The notes: generated by a model not told the origin, from the letters alone. Positions 19,609-30,526 are shown, numbered from the stretch's first letter. The stretch: 37,860 nucleotides of DNA from Candidatus Muiribacteriota bacterium (GCA_051747805.1 JBNJGP010000015.1:1-37860); one strand, 5' to 3'. Program-made: numbers and translations.

Positions 19609-21585
19609 TTAAATAATTTTTTCTATTTTTTCACAGATATTATCAATTGAAAAGCCAAATTTGGTCATAACTTCCCCGGCTGGACCCGAAGCTCCAAAAT
19701 TATCTATTGAAATAATATCACCAGCTGGAAAAAAATATTTTTCCCATCCAGTTTTAACACCACATTCCACAACAAGAACGGGCAGGTTTTCGGGTAAAAT
19801 TTTCTTTTGGTACTTTTCTGTCTGCATTTCAAAAATCTCACGACAAGGCATGCTGACAACATTAACAAATATATTTTTTTTCTCTAATTTTTTTGCAGCT
19901 TCAAGAGCAGAACTTACTTCTGAACCTGTTGCAAGAATTACAGCAGAAGGTTTTTTACTTTCTTTTAAAGTATATGCCCCGAATAAACATTTCTCATTAG
20001 TGTTTTCTAATACTGGAAGCTTCTGTCTGGATAAAGCAAAACATGTTGGAAATGAATTTGTAAATGCATGGTACATCAAATAAGATGTTTCTCTGGCATC
20101 TGCGGGTCTTATCACCTTTAAATCGGGTATTAATCTTAGACTCATTAAATGTTCCACAGGCTGATGAGTTGGACCATCTTCCCCAACACCAATGCTGTCA
20201 TGTGTAAAAATAAAGACTGATGGTATTTTCATCAGGGCGGCCAAACGAATCGAGCCCCGCATATAATCAGAAAAGACAAGGAAGGTAGATCCATATGCTC
20301 TCAGCTTCTCGTCCATATAAAGTGATATTCCATTTACTATGGCTCCCATAGCATGTTCTCTTATTCCAAAATGCAGGTTCCTTCCACTTTTATTATTTTT
20401 GTTAAAATCCTGTTCATTTTTCAAATATGTTTTTGTCGAAGGTGCCAGATCGGCAGAACCTCCAATTATATTTGGCATTTTTTCACTTAAAATATTAAGT
20501 ACAATTCCGCCAGCTTCCCTTGTTGCCATTTCTTTTTTTTCGAATTTAAACATTTTGTCAAAATCTACTTCTCCATCAAAATTATTATTTAAAAATTTCT
20601 GCAATTTATTATAATATTCAGGATATTTTTGTTTATAATCATTTAGAGTTTCGTTCCATTTATCATATTTCGACATTAGTTTTTTCTTTATTTTTTCAAA
20701 ATGTTCTTTTATTTCTTCGCCTACTTCAAACTGTTTTTCAGGATCTAGACAAAGCTTTTTTTTAGCATTTTTACCTTCTTCTTCTCCAAGAGGAGCACCG
20801 TGTACACCAGCTGTACCTTCACGATTCGGGCTTCCATATCCTATAATTGTTTTTACCATTATTAAACATGGCAAATCTGATTTTTTCGCCCTGGAGATTT
20901 TATCATTTATTTCATCGATATTATTACCATCATTAACTTTAAAAACCTCAAATCCCATCGACAGATATTTTTTTTCAACATCCTCGCTGAAGGAAAGAGT
21001 TGTATCACCTTCAATTGTGATATTATTATCATCATATAAAATTATAAGATTTTTCAGTTTTAAATGTCCTGCAAGAGAAGCGGCCTCAGAGGTAATTCCC
21101 TCCATAATACAACCATCACCCGACAAAACATATGTATAATTATCAAATAGTTTCAAATCATCCTTATCAAACATACTAGATAAATATTCTCTGGCAATTT
21201 CCATACCAACGGCATTTCCAAACCCCTGCCCAAGCGGACCAGTTGTAGTTTCTACCCCATCAGTAAGTCCATACTCAGGATGGCCTGGTGTTTTTCCGTC
21301 AAGCTGTCTGAAATTTTTTAAATCATTTAAATTAAGATTATAGCCAAAAAGATGGAGCATAGAATATAATAAAGCAGAGCCATGTCCAGCTGATAAAACA
21401 AATCTATCCCTGCCTATCCATTCAGAGTCTTCAGGATTATGCCTCATATGATCCGCCCATAAAGTGTAGGCCATAGTAGCTGCTCCAAGGGGAAGTCCAG
21501 GATGTCCTGAACTTGCCTTGTTTATACAATCAATTGACAATCCTCTTATTGTATTAACAGCCTCCATTTTTTCTTTATTCTTCAT
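19609..21585 (-). CDS. tkt: Transketolase
   Basis: SGHPG.P.G, DRFVLSAGHGS, TPGHPE, GDG..MEG, FGIREHAM, THDSIGVGEDGPTHQP. Confidence 0.98.
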   Translation of the reverse strand: MKNKEKMEAVNTIRGLSIDCINKASSGHPGLPLGAATMAYTLWADHMRHNPEDSEWIGRDRFVLSAGHGSALLYSMLHLFGYNLNLNDLKNFRQLDGKTPGHPEYGLTDGVETTTGPLGQGFGNAVGMEIAREYLSSMFDKDDLKLFDNYTYVLSGDGCIMEGITSEAASLAGHLKLKNLIILYDDNNITIEGDTTLSFSEDVEKKYLSMGFEVFKVNDGNNIDEINDKISRAKKSDLPCLIMVKTIIGYGSPNREGTAGVHGAPLGEEEGKNAKKKLCLDPEKQFEVGEEIKEHFEKIKKKLMSKYDKWNETLNDYKQKYPEYYNKLQKFLNNNFDGEVDFDKMFKFEKKEMATREAGGIVLNILSEKMPNIIGGSADLAPSTKTYLKNEQDFNKNNKSGRNLHFGIREHAMGAIVNGISLYMDEKLRAYGSTFLVFSDYMRGSIRLAALMKIPSVFIFTHDSIGVGEDGPTHQPVEHLMSLRLIPDLKVIRPADARETSYLMYHAFTNSFPTCFALSRQKLPVLENTNEKCLFGAYTLKESKKPSAVILATGSEVSSALEAAKKLEKKNIFVNVVSMPCREIFEMQTEKYQKKILPENLPVLVVECGVKTGWEKYFFPAGDIISIDNFGASGPAGEVMTKFGFSIDNICEKIEKII

Positions 21586-21602
21586 ATATAATCCTCCTTA
21601 TT

Positions 21603-22649
21603 TTATAATTTCAGTTTATGTCCGGGTCCCTTTCCAATTTTTCTATTAATGGAAAAAATTCTTCCCATTACACAATTAGCACAATCATCGCCAGATTCAT
21701 CAACACAGGGCTTGCCTGGATAAAGCTGATAATCCTTACGATATTTCTTTGGGGTGGCGTTAGGCATAAAAACATTTGCCCCTCTCTGAAGCGCCAGCTG
21801 TCTGCCGTTGTAATCCTCTATTGTGTCAAATGCCGTTGTTGCAGGTATATGCGCCAGTGGATTAGTTAAACGCAATATAGATATAACGCCTGTTAAAAAA
21901 TCGATTTCATGCTTAACCCCTGCTTTTTTTAGTTCAGTATCAGGATGCGGAATAAATGGACCAATTCCTATCATATCAAGTTCAAGCTCCCGGCATAAAA
22001 AAATATCCTCTACAAGATCTTTTAAGGTTGTCCCTGGCAGCGAGGTCATAAAACCCGAGCCTGTCTGAACTCCGATTTTTTTTAAATATTTTATACATTT
22101 TAATCTATTTTCAAAATTTTGTTGAGGATGCAGCTTATTCCATACAGCCTGATTTGATGTTTCAAACCTTAAAAGATATCTATCCATACCACAATCTTTC
22201 CAGTATAAATATTCCTGTCCTTCTCTTTCACCAACTGAAAGCGTTATTGCAAGGTTAGTTTTTTTCTTAATATCCCTTATTATTTCTCCCATTTTGAGCT
22301 TATCATAATAAAAATCTTCTCCAGACTGAAGTACCACAGTTGTTTGTCCGTTTTTTTCTATTTCAAAACAAGTGTTTATAATTTCATCCTTTTCCATTCT
22401 ATAACGTTTTACTTTTTTATTTAAAGCGTTAATACCACAATAATTACATTTTTTAATGCAAATATTAGAAAATTCAATTATACCTCTTAAAAAAATTTCT
22501 TCGCCCGCAAACTTTTTACGAACCTCATCACCGGCTTGAAATATCCACTTCTTTTGTCCATTTTTTAGGTTTTTAAGCAGAAAATATATTTCATCACGGG
22601 TTAATCTCTGGTTGTTTAAGGCTTTTGCTTTTATTGTCGAAAGTTTCAT
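21603..22649 (-). CDS. hydE: [FeFe]-hydrogenase H-cluster radical SAM maturase HydE
   Basis: LRGIIEFSNICIKKCNYCG, VVLQSGED, RYLLRFET, M.GIGPFIPHPDT, PATTA, GANV.MPN.TP..YR..Y.LYPGK plus C-terminal Cys cluster. Confidence 0.85.
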   Translation of the reverse strand: MKLSTIKAKALNNQRLTRDEIYFLLKNLKNGQKKWIFQAGDEVRKKFAGEEIFLRGIIEFSNICIKKCNYCGINALNKKVKRYRMEKDEIINTCFEIEKNGQTTVVLQSGEDFYYDKLKMGEIIRDIKKKTNLAITLSVGEREGQEYLYWKDCGMDRYLLRFETSNQAVWNKLHPQQNFENRLKCIKYLKKIGVQTGSGFMTSLPGTTLKDLVEDIFLCRELELDMIGIGPFIPHPDTELKKAGVKHEIDFLTGVISILRLTNPLAHIPATTAFDTIEDYNGRQLALQRGANVFMPNATPKKYRKDYQLYPGKPCVDESGDDCANCVMGRIFSINRKIGKGPGHKLKL

Positions 22650-22674
22650 CTAAACCTCGCGTATTTACCCTTGA

Positions 22675-23643
22675 TTATTTTTTAAGTTCTCTTTTTTTAC
22701 TATTATGTTCATTTAAAGTTTTAGAAAAACAATGCTTCCCTTTATCTTTTAGTATGAAATAAAGATAATCATGTTCTTTAAAATTTACAACCGCTTTTAA
22801 CGTTTCTTTTGAAAAAAAAGAAATTGGACCTGGTGGAAGACCCGGATATATATAAGTATTATAAATAGAATCAATCGCAATATCATTGTAAGTTAAAACT
22901 GGTTTAACTTCCCCTAAAGCATACTGCACAGTTGCACATGATTCAAGTAACATATTTTTATTTAATCTGTTAAGAAATACACCAGCTATCATTTGTTTTT
23001 CTTCGTAGCTGCGCCCTTCTCTTTCAACTACAGAGGCTAATGTACATAGCTGATGGAAGTTAAGACCAGTACTATTATCTTTAAACTCTAAATAATAATT
23101 TTTTTCAAACTCACCGGCTGCCAGCTCCAGAAATTCAATAAATACTGATTGACTTTTTTTATTAACATAAAATGTATCAGCTGGAAGAGCCCCCTCAAAA
23201 CTATTGAATTTTTGTAAATAGGGAAATTTTTTTTTAAAATTTATAAATTCCTTTTTAAAATCATAGTATTGAAAAGTTTTTTTCAATTTGTTTTTAAGAT
23301 TTTTTTTAGTTTCTCCTGGAATAATTGTAACTTTTTTGTATTCCACCAAAGGACCCTGAATCAACAAATAATAAAGCTGTTTCGGGGTATATTTACCCTC
23401 TAATTTATAATTCCCCGGCTTAAGCATCTGCTCTGTATTTGTAACCCTGAAAAGTAGCTTAATATAAAAAACACCCTCATATTCTTTTTTTAATTTATTA
23501 AGTACAGAGTTTACATTGTCCCCTCGATTTACCTGTAATACATAATTAACTTTATTTTCACTGTTAAAATCAACATAAAAATAAATGATGGAGAAAATAA
23601 ATAATATTAGAAATATTAGAAAAAATTTAATAATTAATTTCAT
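22675..23643 (-). CDS. mltG: Endolytic transglycosylase MltG (YceG family)
   Basis: N-terminal TM; LASVVERE, IAGVF.NRL...M.L.S..TV.Y, YNTY...GLPPGPI, YLYF, FSKTL.EH. Confidence 0.92.
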   Translation of the reverse strand: MKLIIKFFLIFLILFIFSIIYFYVDFNSENKVNYVLQVNRGDNVNSVLNKLKKEYEGVFYIKLLFRVTNTEQMLKPGNYKLEGKYTPKQLYYLLIQGPLVEYKKVTIIPGETKKNLKNKLKKTFQYYDFKKEFINFKKKFPYLQKFNSFEGALPADTFYVNKKSQSVFIEFLELAAGEFEKNYYLEFKDNSTGLNFHQLCTLASVVEREGRSYEEKQMIAGVFLNRLNKNMLLESCATVQYALGEVKPVLTYNDIAIDSIYNTYIYPGLPPGPISFFSKETLKAVVNFKEHDYLYFILKDKGKHCFSKTLNEHNSKKRELKK

Positions 23644-24553
23644 GTTCTTTTATTTTCCTGTAGAGAGTTGCCCGGGAAATACCAAGTTTTTTTGCACTTA
23701 AATTAATATTATAATCAAAACATTTAATACAATCTAAAATCAGCTTCCTTTCATTTTCTTTTAAATTAAAAGATTTCTTTAATCCCTGCTTTTTTTTGTT
23801 CAAAATATAATCTGGAATATGAGATATAAACTCTTCTTTTTCAGCAAAAAACACCTCTTTTTCAACATAACTCTGAAGTTCTCTAACATTACCAGGCCAG
23901 GAATATCGGCTTAATTTTTCTTTTATCTTTTTATTAAATGCCTTAATATTTTTATTAAATTTTTTATTATAAATCTCAAGGAAATAATCAAGAAGAAGAG
24001 CAATATCTTCTTTTCTTTCTCTCAATGGTTTTATTTTAATTTGAAGTCCATTAATTCTGTAAAATAAATCTTTTCTAAAATCTCCTGCCTCAACCAGTTT
24101 TTCAATATTTTTATTTGTTGCTGAAATTAATCTGAAATTGGATTCAACAAATTTATTTGAACCTATTGGCGATACTTGTTTTTCCTGAATAACCCTTAAA
24201 AATTTAGGCTGAAAGGCGAAGTTTAACTCACCAATTTCATCTAAAAACAATGTCCCTCCATCTGCCTCATTTATTTTTCCTTTTTGATTTGCAAAAGCCC
24301 CGGTAAAAGCACCCTTTTTATAACCGAAAAGCTCAGACTCAACAAGTTCTTTAGGAAGAGCACCGCAGTTAAGTGGAACAAAATTTTTTTTTTGTGATTT
24401 TTGATGAATTAATCTGGAAACAATTTCCTTACCAGTACCTGATTCGCCTGAAATTAAAACAGGCAGCTCAAATTGTGCCGCCTGTTTAATAAGCCTTTTT
24501 ATATTTAAAATATTCTGACTTCTACCAATTAAATCATTCACTTTATTGTCCAA
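23627..24553 (-). CDS. Sigma-54-dependent transcriptional activator (AAA+ and Fis HTH, no N-terminal sensor domain)
   Basis: GESGTGKE, ESELFG..KGAFTGA, GTLFLDEIGE, FR.DLFYR, WPGNVREL, AKKLGISRATLYRK. Confidence 0.92.
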   Translation of the reverse strand: MDNKVNDLIGRSQNILNIKRLIKQAAQFELPVLISGESGTGKEIVSRLIHQKSQKKNFVPLNCGALPKELVESELFGYKKGAFTGAFANQKGKINEADGGTLFLDEIGELNFAFQPKFLRVIQEKQVSPIGSNKFVESNFRLISATNKNIEKLVEAGDFRKDLFYRINGLQIKIKPLRERKEDIALLLDYFLEIYNKKFNKNIKAFNKKIKEKLSRYSWPGNVRELQSYVEKEVFFAEKEEFISHIPDYILNKKKQGLKKSFNLKENERKLILDCIKCFDYNINLSAKKLGISRATLYRKIKEHEINY

Positions 24554-24556
24554 CCA

Positions 24557-25342
24557 TTATCTAAAAACATTTTTTTCTTTAATAAAATCAGAAATTTTTG
24601 AGGCCATTTCTCTTGGACTGCCATCACTAATAATTCGGCCTTTGCCTTTTGGAGCAGGTTTAAATACTTTTTTTACCTTTGTTGGTGAGCCATCCAGTCC
24701 AACATTTTCTTCTGCAATTCCAAGTTCTGCATTTGTTATATGTTCAATTTCTTTATCAAAAGATTCAAAAATACCCCTAACCGAAGGATAACGGGGTTCT
24801 TCCGAACTAATAAAAGTCAGAAGAATTGGAGGATTTACTTTAATATATTGATAGCCTGAATCAGTTTCTTTTTTTATTTTCATCCCTCCCTGCTCAAAGT
24901 TAAACTCAGAGACATAGGTAACCTGTGGTATGTCAAGAAAACCGGCAAGCTGAGGACCTACCTGTGCTGTATCACCATCAATTGCCTGTCTTCCACAGAA
25001 AATATAATCATAATCCCCTATTTTTTTAACTGCCTCACTTAAAATATAACTAGTAGCGAGTGTATCTGCACCAGCAAATGCCCTGTCGGTTACAAGAGCT
25101 GCTTTATCAGCACCCATTGCCAGCACTTCTCTCAAAGCATGTTCAGCCTGCGGAGGCCCCATTGTAAGTACAGTTACCTGTGCTCCATGTTTTTCTTTTA
25201 AATAAAGAGCTGTTTCAAGTGCATATTTATCTTCAGGATTTATAACACTTTCAACCCCTTCTCTTTTTAAAGTGCCACGTGTACGGTCCCACTTAACATC
25301 ATTTGTTTTCGGCACCTGTTTTACTGTTACTATTATTCTCAT
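24557..25342 (-). CDS. etfB: Electron transfer flavoprotein beta subunit (EtfB/FixA)
   Basis: VKQVP, INP.D..ALE.AL, MGPPQA, DRAFAGADTLATS, G.QAIDGDTAQVGP, GL.GSPTKV. Confidence 0.95.
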   Translation of the reverse strand: MRIIVTVKQVPKTNDVKWDRTRGTLKREGVESVINPEDKYALETALYLKEKHGAQVTVLTMGPPQAEHALREVLAMGADKAALVTDRAFAGADTLATSYILSEAVKKIGDYDYIFCGRQAIDGDTAQVGPQLAGFLDIPQVTYVSEFNFEQGGMKIKKETDSGYQYIKVNPPILLTFISSEEPRYPSVRGIFESFDKEIEHITNAELGIAEENVGLDGSPTKVKKVFKPAPKGKGRIISDGSPREMASKISDFIKEKNVFR

Positions 25343-25363
25343 TTATTCCTCCTGTTCCATATT

Positions 25364-26056
25364 TTATATTTTATTCATTATCATTTCTGATAAAACTCTG
25401 CTGCCATCATCTCTGGTAAAGGCAATTCTTATTCTGGAATTAATTATAATACCGCTGGAATAATCAAAAAGAACATCTCTTAAAAAAAGTAATTTCCTTT
25501 GAACATCCCTACCTCTTGTCCTGAGAGTTATAAGTTCTTTTTCCCGGTCAATGTTTCTTACTTCAGTATTAAGCTCTAAACGAATTCTGTTATTATCGAG
25601 GTCATACTCAAACATAGTTCCCTGCCAGGTATCAATCTGATGAATTCTATGTCTCGGAAAATCAGGAAAAAAAATTTTAAAGTTTATACCAGGACCCTCA
25701 ACCTTTTCTGATGGATCCTCAACAATATCATATCTTTCATCCTCAATGAAAAATCCTCTCATATTATATTTATACTCTTCAGTAACCGGTCCTATTTTAC
25801 CCTGTGAGCTATTAATAAAATAATGAATCCTACTTGTGATTACTCCCTCAGAATTCTTAATACTTCTTTTTTCAAGCTCGGCCTTGGCTTTTGAGTCAGA
25901 GGACAAATTATTGCGGAAAGTTATTTCATAATCTACCTTTATTTTTTCTTTGTTTTGATACCTTAATAATACGGGGCCTGCTGAAAGAGCAACCCCGGTA
26001 AAGGTAAAAATTAATAAAAAAAGTAAAAAAATTTTTTTAAAATTTATTTTAATCAT
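25364..26056 (-). CDS. Hypothetical exported protein
   Basis: 230-aa ORF tightly packed in the operon; basic N-terminus, hydrophobic core and ALSA cleavage-like site. Confidence 0.7.
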   Translation of the reverse strand: MIKINFKKIFLLFLLIFTFTGVALSAGPVLLRYQNKEKIKVDYEITFRNNLSSDSKAKAELEKRSIKNSEGVITSRIHYFINSSQGKIGPVTEEYKYNMRGFFIEDERYDIVEDPSEKVEGPGINFKIFFPDFPRHRIHQIDTWQGTMFEYDLDNNRIRLELNTEVRNIDREKELITLRTRGRDVQRKLLFLRDVLFDYSSGIIINSRIRIAFTRDDGSRVLSEMIMNKI

Positions 26057-26068
26057 AAATAAAATTTT

Positions 26069-27763
26069 TCAACTAAGGTTTTCCTTAAAATAATTTACCA
26101 CACTTTCTTTATTAATTTCAATTTTTTCCCCAGTCCTTTTTTCAATTTCAAGTTTATTTTCTTTTGTGAAATTTTTACCAATTATAATTTTGTAGGGGAT
26201 TCCAAGCAAATCAGAATCTTTAAACTTAAAACCAGCACTGTGTTTTCTGTCATCAAATAAAACTTCGAAACCCTCTTTTTTTAAAGTTTCATAAAGTTTT
26301 TTTCCATAAAGAAATAGCTCATTTTTCTTAATATCTACCGGAATAATATTAATATGAAAGGGAGCAAGAGGCTTTGGCCAAATTATTCCTCTTTCATCCC
26401 AGTTCTGTTCAATACACGCTGCAATAATTCTACTGACACCAATTCCATAACATCCCATCTGAACATATTTTTCTTTACCACTTTCATCAATTACTTTTGT
26501 AGAAGAGGTTTTAGAATATTTATCTTCAAGCTGAAATATATGACCAACTTCTATACCTCTTTCAAGCTTTATGTAATCTCTACACTTAAAGCACTTGAAA
26601 CCTTCGTCCACCTTATTTATATCCACAAACTTATCAATTTCAAGGTCAGAAGTATTAACTCCAGTAATATGATAATTATCTCTTCCAGCACCTGTTATCA
26701 TATTTTCCTCATCCTTAAGTGATTTATCAACAATTCTGATTATTCCCTCTCTTTTATCAGGAGATATATAACCCTGCTCACATTTAAATTTTTCTTTAAC
26801 TTCCTCGCTATCTGCCAGACGCCACTTACTACCTTGTATATAATGGTTGAGTTTCGTTTCATTTACTTCAATATCTCCTCTAACAAGAATTTGATAACAG
26901 AGATTTTTATCATCAATATATATAACTGATTTTATAAAGTTAGAAGGATGAGCGTTGAAAAACTTGCCAAGTTCTTTAATTGTTTTTATGCCTTCTGTTT
27001 TAACTTCTTCATTTGAACGTACGTCTTTTTTTATCCGAGAAGGCCACAGCGCCTTGGCCTTTTCAATATTTGAAGCATAGTTGCATTGCGGACAATAAGC
27101 TATTTCATCCTCTCCTGTACCGGCTAGAACCATAAATTCATGAGAAACTTTTCCGCCAATATTTCCAGAATCTGCCTCAACATTACGAAATTTTAACCCA
27201 CATCTTCTGAATATATTGGAGTATGCTTCATGAAACTTATAATAAACTTCTTCTAAACACTTTTTATTTAAATGAAATGAGTACGCGTCCTTCATTAAAA
27301 ATTCTCTACTTCTCATTACCCCGAATCTGGGTCTTATTTCATCGCGGTATTTAAGCTGAATCTGATAAAGTGAAAGGGGCAGACTTTTATAGGAATTTAC
27401 ATTTTTATTAAAAACTTCAGTAATAACTTCTTCATGTGTCGGACCCAGGCAATATTCGCGATTACCTCTGTCCTTAAGTTTCCACATAAGCTCTCCCATT
27501 TCATCCCATCTGTTACTTGCTTCCCAGAGCTCTTTCGGCTGCAAAACAGGCATAAGCATCTCAACAGCATCAATTTTATGAAGCTCTTCTCTTATAATAG
27601 TCTCTATTTTTCTAAGAACTCTTAGGCCCATTGGAAGAATTGTATAAATACCCGAACCAAGCTTTGAAATAAGTCCCGCCCTCAGCATTAATGCATGACT
27701 TTTAATTTCTGCTTCTCTCGGAGTATCTTTTTGAGTGAAAAAAAAACTTTTTGATAACTTCAT
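26069..27763 (-). CDS. proS: Proline--tRNA ligase (bacterial type with editing insertion)
   Basis: SH.LMLRAG, LGPTHEE, RDEIRPRFG.MR.REF.MKDAYSF, GIEVGHIFQL, MGCYGIGVSR. Confidence 0.97.
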   Translation of the reverse strand: MKLSKSFFFTQKDTPREAEIKSHALMLRAGLISKLGSGIYTILPMGLRVLRKIETIIREELHKIDAVEMLMPVLQPKELWEASNRWDEMGELMWKLKDRGNREYCLGPTHEEVITEVFNKNVNSYKSLPLSLYQIQLKYRDEIRPRFGVMRSREFLMKDAYSFHLNKKCLEEVYYKFHEAYSNIFRRCGLKFRNVEADSGNIGGKVSHEFMVLAGTGEDEIAYCPQCNYASNIEKAKALWPSRIKKDVRSNEEVKTEGIKTIKELGKFFNAHPSNFIKSVIYIDDKNLCYQILVRGDIEVNETKLNHYIQGSKWRLADSEEVKEKFKCEQGYISPDKREGIIRIVDKSLKDEENMITGAGRDNYHITGVNTSDLEIDKFVDINKVDEGFKCFKCRDYIKLERGIEVGHIFQLEDKYSKTSSTKVIDESGKEKYVQMGCYGIGVSRIIAACIEQNWDERGIIWPKPLAPFHINIIPVDIKKNELFLYGKKLYETLKKEGFEVLFDDRKHSAGFKFKDSDLLGIPYKIIIGKNFTKENKLEIEKRTGEKIEINKESVVNYFKENLS

Positions 27764-27766
27764 ATT

Positions 27767-29083
27767 TTAATCTCCTAAACCAAATAACCTTAATATATCA
27801 CGATATGTAACAATTAAAATTAAAAAAATTAAAAAAACCAGGCCAATATAATGAATTGATTCTTCTACTTTAGTGCTTACTTTAAATTTTCGTTTTAAAA
27901 TAACACTGCCAATTCCTTCAATTACAATAAAAAGCAGTCTGCCGCCGTCAAGTGCCGGGAAAGGCATTAAATTTAAAAAACCTATATTTATACTGATAAA
28001 TGCAAGCATATAAAATAAAAGAGCAAAACCCTCATTTGCTTTTTCTCCGACTACAGAAGCTATTCCAACAGGACCAGATAAATTTTTAACAGAAACCTGC
28101 AGAGTAAGAAGTTTTTTAAGCATATCTATCATAGTTGCGTTAAGTGAAATAACTGTTCGCGAAGCCCCTTTTAGAGACTCAATAAAAGAGAGATTACTAC
28201 CAATAGATACTTCGGGTGCTATTCCTATAATTCCATAACCTTCATTTAACACATCGTGTGGAGTTACCTCAAACTCTTCCGTTTCACCTAAACGTTTAAC
28301 TTCAACCAGCAGTTGCTGGTCAATTGAATTGTGTATAATAGAAACAACCTCTTCCCATATTAAAACAGGATTATTATTAACAGAAATAATTCTATCACCT
28401 TTCATAATACCGGCTCTATCGGCTTCCTGACCAGGCGTCACCTCACCAATTACAGGTTCCTTGCCCTGAAAGACTCCAGCCTCCTGAAGAGAATTAAATT
28501 CAGACGTTGGAAGGCTTAATTCAACAATATTCTGATTCCGCATCACTGTTAAATTAATTTCCCGCTCAACTTCTAGAAATACTTTTCTAAACTGTGCCCA
28601 AGATTTTATTTCTTCATTATTTATCATTTTAATTTCATCACCTGTTTTCAGACCAGCTTTATCCATAAAACTATCCTCAGCAACAAATCCGACTACAGGA
28701 AGTTCAGAATAAACAGGTTCAAGTGCACCCGCAAAAAATAAAACACCAAACATAACAACAAATGCCAGCACATAATTCATAAAGGAACCGGCAAATAATG
28801 TTAAAAAACGCTTGTAAGGTTTCTTTGAAATAAAAGAACGATTAAAATCCGCATCATCCACACTTTCTTCTTCCATACCATATAAGTCAACAAATCCGCC
28901 TATAGGTATTGGACGCAATACATACTCAGTTTCACCATATTTTTTTGAAAGAAGTTTGGGCCCAAACCCTATTGAAAATTCAGTTACTTTAATACCGAAT
29001 TTTTTTGCCACTATAAAATGACCGAATTCATGCACAAGTACAATAACAAAAATAACAAATACAAAGGAAACTAAACTAATCAT
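27767..29083 (-). CDS. rseP: RIP metalloprotease RseP with two PDZ domains
   Basis: HEFGH, FSIGFGP, AGS.MN, SGPVGI, NL.P.PALDGG. Confidence 0.95.
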   Translation of the reverse strand: MISLVSFVFVIFVIVLVHEFGHFIVAKKFGIKVTEFSIGFGPKLLSKKYGETEYVLRPIPIGGFVDLYGMEEESVDDADFNRSFISKKPYKRFLTLFAGSFMNYVLAFVVMFGVLFFAGALEPVYSELPVVGFVAEDSFMDKAGLKTGDEIKMINNEEIKSWAQFRKVFLEVEREINLTVMRNQNIVELSLPTSEFNSLQEAGVFQGKEPVIGEVTPGQEADRAGIMKGDRIISVNNNPVLIWEEVVSIIHNSIDQQLLVEVKRLGETEEFEVTPHDVLNEGYGIIGIAPEVSIGSNLSFIESLKGASRTVISLNATMIDMLKKLLTLQVSVKNLSGPVGIASVVGEKANEGFALLFYMLAFISINIGFLNLMPFPALDGGRLLFIVIEGIGSVILKRKFKVSTKVEESIHYIGLVFLIFLILIVTYRDILRLFGLGD

Positions 29084-29844
29084 TAAAACACTCCAATAAA
29101 ATATAATACAGGAATTAAATATATATAACTATCCACCCTGTCTAAAATACCGCCATGCCCCGGAATTAATCTGCCGCTGTCTTTTATATTAAAAGTTCTT
29201 TTAAGTGCAGAAACAGTTAAGTCCCCAGCTGGTGCCAGTATAGAAACAACTAAAGGAATTAATAAACTTCCTTTTACATCATAAATAAAATATATAAAAT
29301 ATGCAAAAATAAAAACACAAAAAGCAGCATATAATAAACCCTCTACACTTTTTTTCGGGCTTATATTTTTAAACGGTCTTTTTCTTCCAAAATTTATACC
29401 AGTTATATATGCAGATATATCATACAACCATACAAGAACCATTACAAATAATAAATAAAAACGATTCTGTAAAAACATACTATTCATAATTAAAAAGGGT
29501 AAAAGTGCAATCAACTGAAAAATAATACATTTTTTTAAATATTCAGTACTGATACAATCTTTTTTTATATTTATAAAAGAAAAAAGAATAAAGGGCATAT
29601 ACATATAGAAGGCAAAACTTTCAATTGAAAAAAAATATATATAATAACCGCCTGCAAGGTAAACACTCCAGAAAATTCTCTCATAAAACCCGGTTGAAAA
29701 AAAATCACCAAGCTCATTTGCGGCAAGTAAAGAAATAATTAAAAATAAAGGATAAGAGTACAAGCCTGGTACATAAAAAAAATATATAAAAACACCAGCC
29801 ACAAGCACAAGAGATGAAATTGTTCTTTTAAACATTAGCGCCAA
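29083..29844 (-). CDS. cdsA: Phosphatidate cytidylyltransferase
   Basis: W.YD..AY..G..FG, ISPKKS.EG, GDL..S.LKR...[18 protein letters not shown]. Confidence 0.94.
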   Translation of the reverse strand: MALMFKRTISSLVLVAGVFIYFFYVPGLYSYPLFLIISLLAANELGDFFSTGFYERIFWSVYLAGGYYIYFFSIESFAFYMYMPFILFSFINIKKDCISTEYLKKCIIFQLIALLPFLIMNSMFLQNRFYLLFVMVLVWLYDISAYITGINFGRKRPFKNISPKKSVEGLLYAAFCVFIFAYFIYFIYDVKGSLLIPLVVSILAPAGDLTVSALKRTFNIKDSGRLIPGHGGILDRVDSYIYLIPVLYFIGVF

Positions 29845-30526
29845 ACCTTCTTTCTCTATTAGAAAACTCTTTTAAAATAAAAATAAAATCCTCTCTGTTA
29901 AATTCAGGCCACATTTTTTTTATAAAAAAAAGCTCTGTATAGGCAAGCTGCCATAACATAAAATTACTTATTCTCTTATCTCCACCTGTTCTTATCAATA
30001 TATCAGGAGGAGGCATAAAAGAATTATAAAGATATTGCGAAAATAATTCAGGTGTAATTAATTCAGGAGAAATATTATTTTTTAGAATTTCTTTACAGGC
30101 CCTTACAATTTCTGAATGACCACCATAGTTAAGCATAACATTCAAAGTTAAAGAATCATTTTGTTTTGACTTTTGAATTAGATTCTTTATTCCCTTTTCT
30201 AAATCTGTAGGGAAAACAGAAAAATCCCCTGAAACCACAAGCCTGATATTTTTTTTTAAAAGTTTTAAAGCATCTTTTATAATAAAATCTCGGAACAAAT
30301 GAATAAGGCCTGATATCTCTTCATCAGGCCTTTTCCAGTTTTCTGTCGAAAACGCATAAACAGAAACATATGGTATTTTATAATTAATACACCAGTCACA
30401 TAAGTTTCTTACATTTTTTACACCGTTTCTGTGTCCAATAATTCTAGGCATTTTTCTTTTACGTGCCCATCGTCCATTACCGTCCATTATAACAGCTATA
30501 TGTTCTGGCATGTTTTGAGGCGTCAT
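29828..30526 (-). CDS. uppS: Undecaprenyl diphosphate synthase
   Basis: [51 protein letters not shown]. Confidence 0.97.
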   Translation of the reverse strand: MTPQNMPEHIAVIMDGNGRWARKRKMPRIIGHRNGVKNVRNLCDWCINYKIPYVSVYAFSTENWKRPDEEISGLIHLFRDFIIKDALKLLKKNIRLVVSGDFSVFPTDLEKGIKNLIQKSKQNDSLTLNVMLNYGGHSEIVRACKEILKNNISPELITPELFSQYLYNSFMPPPDILIRTGGDKRISNFMLWQLAYTELFFIKKMWPEFNREDFIFILKEFSNRERRFGANV

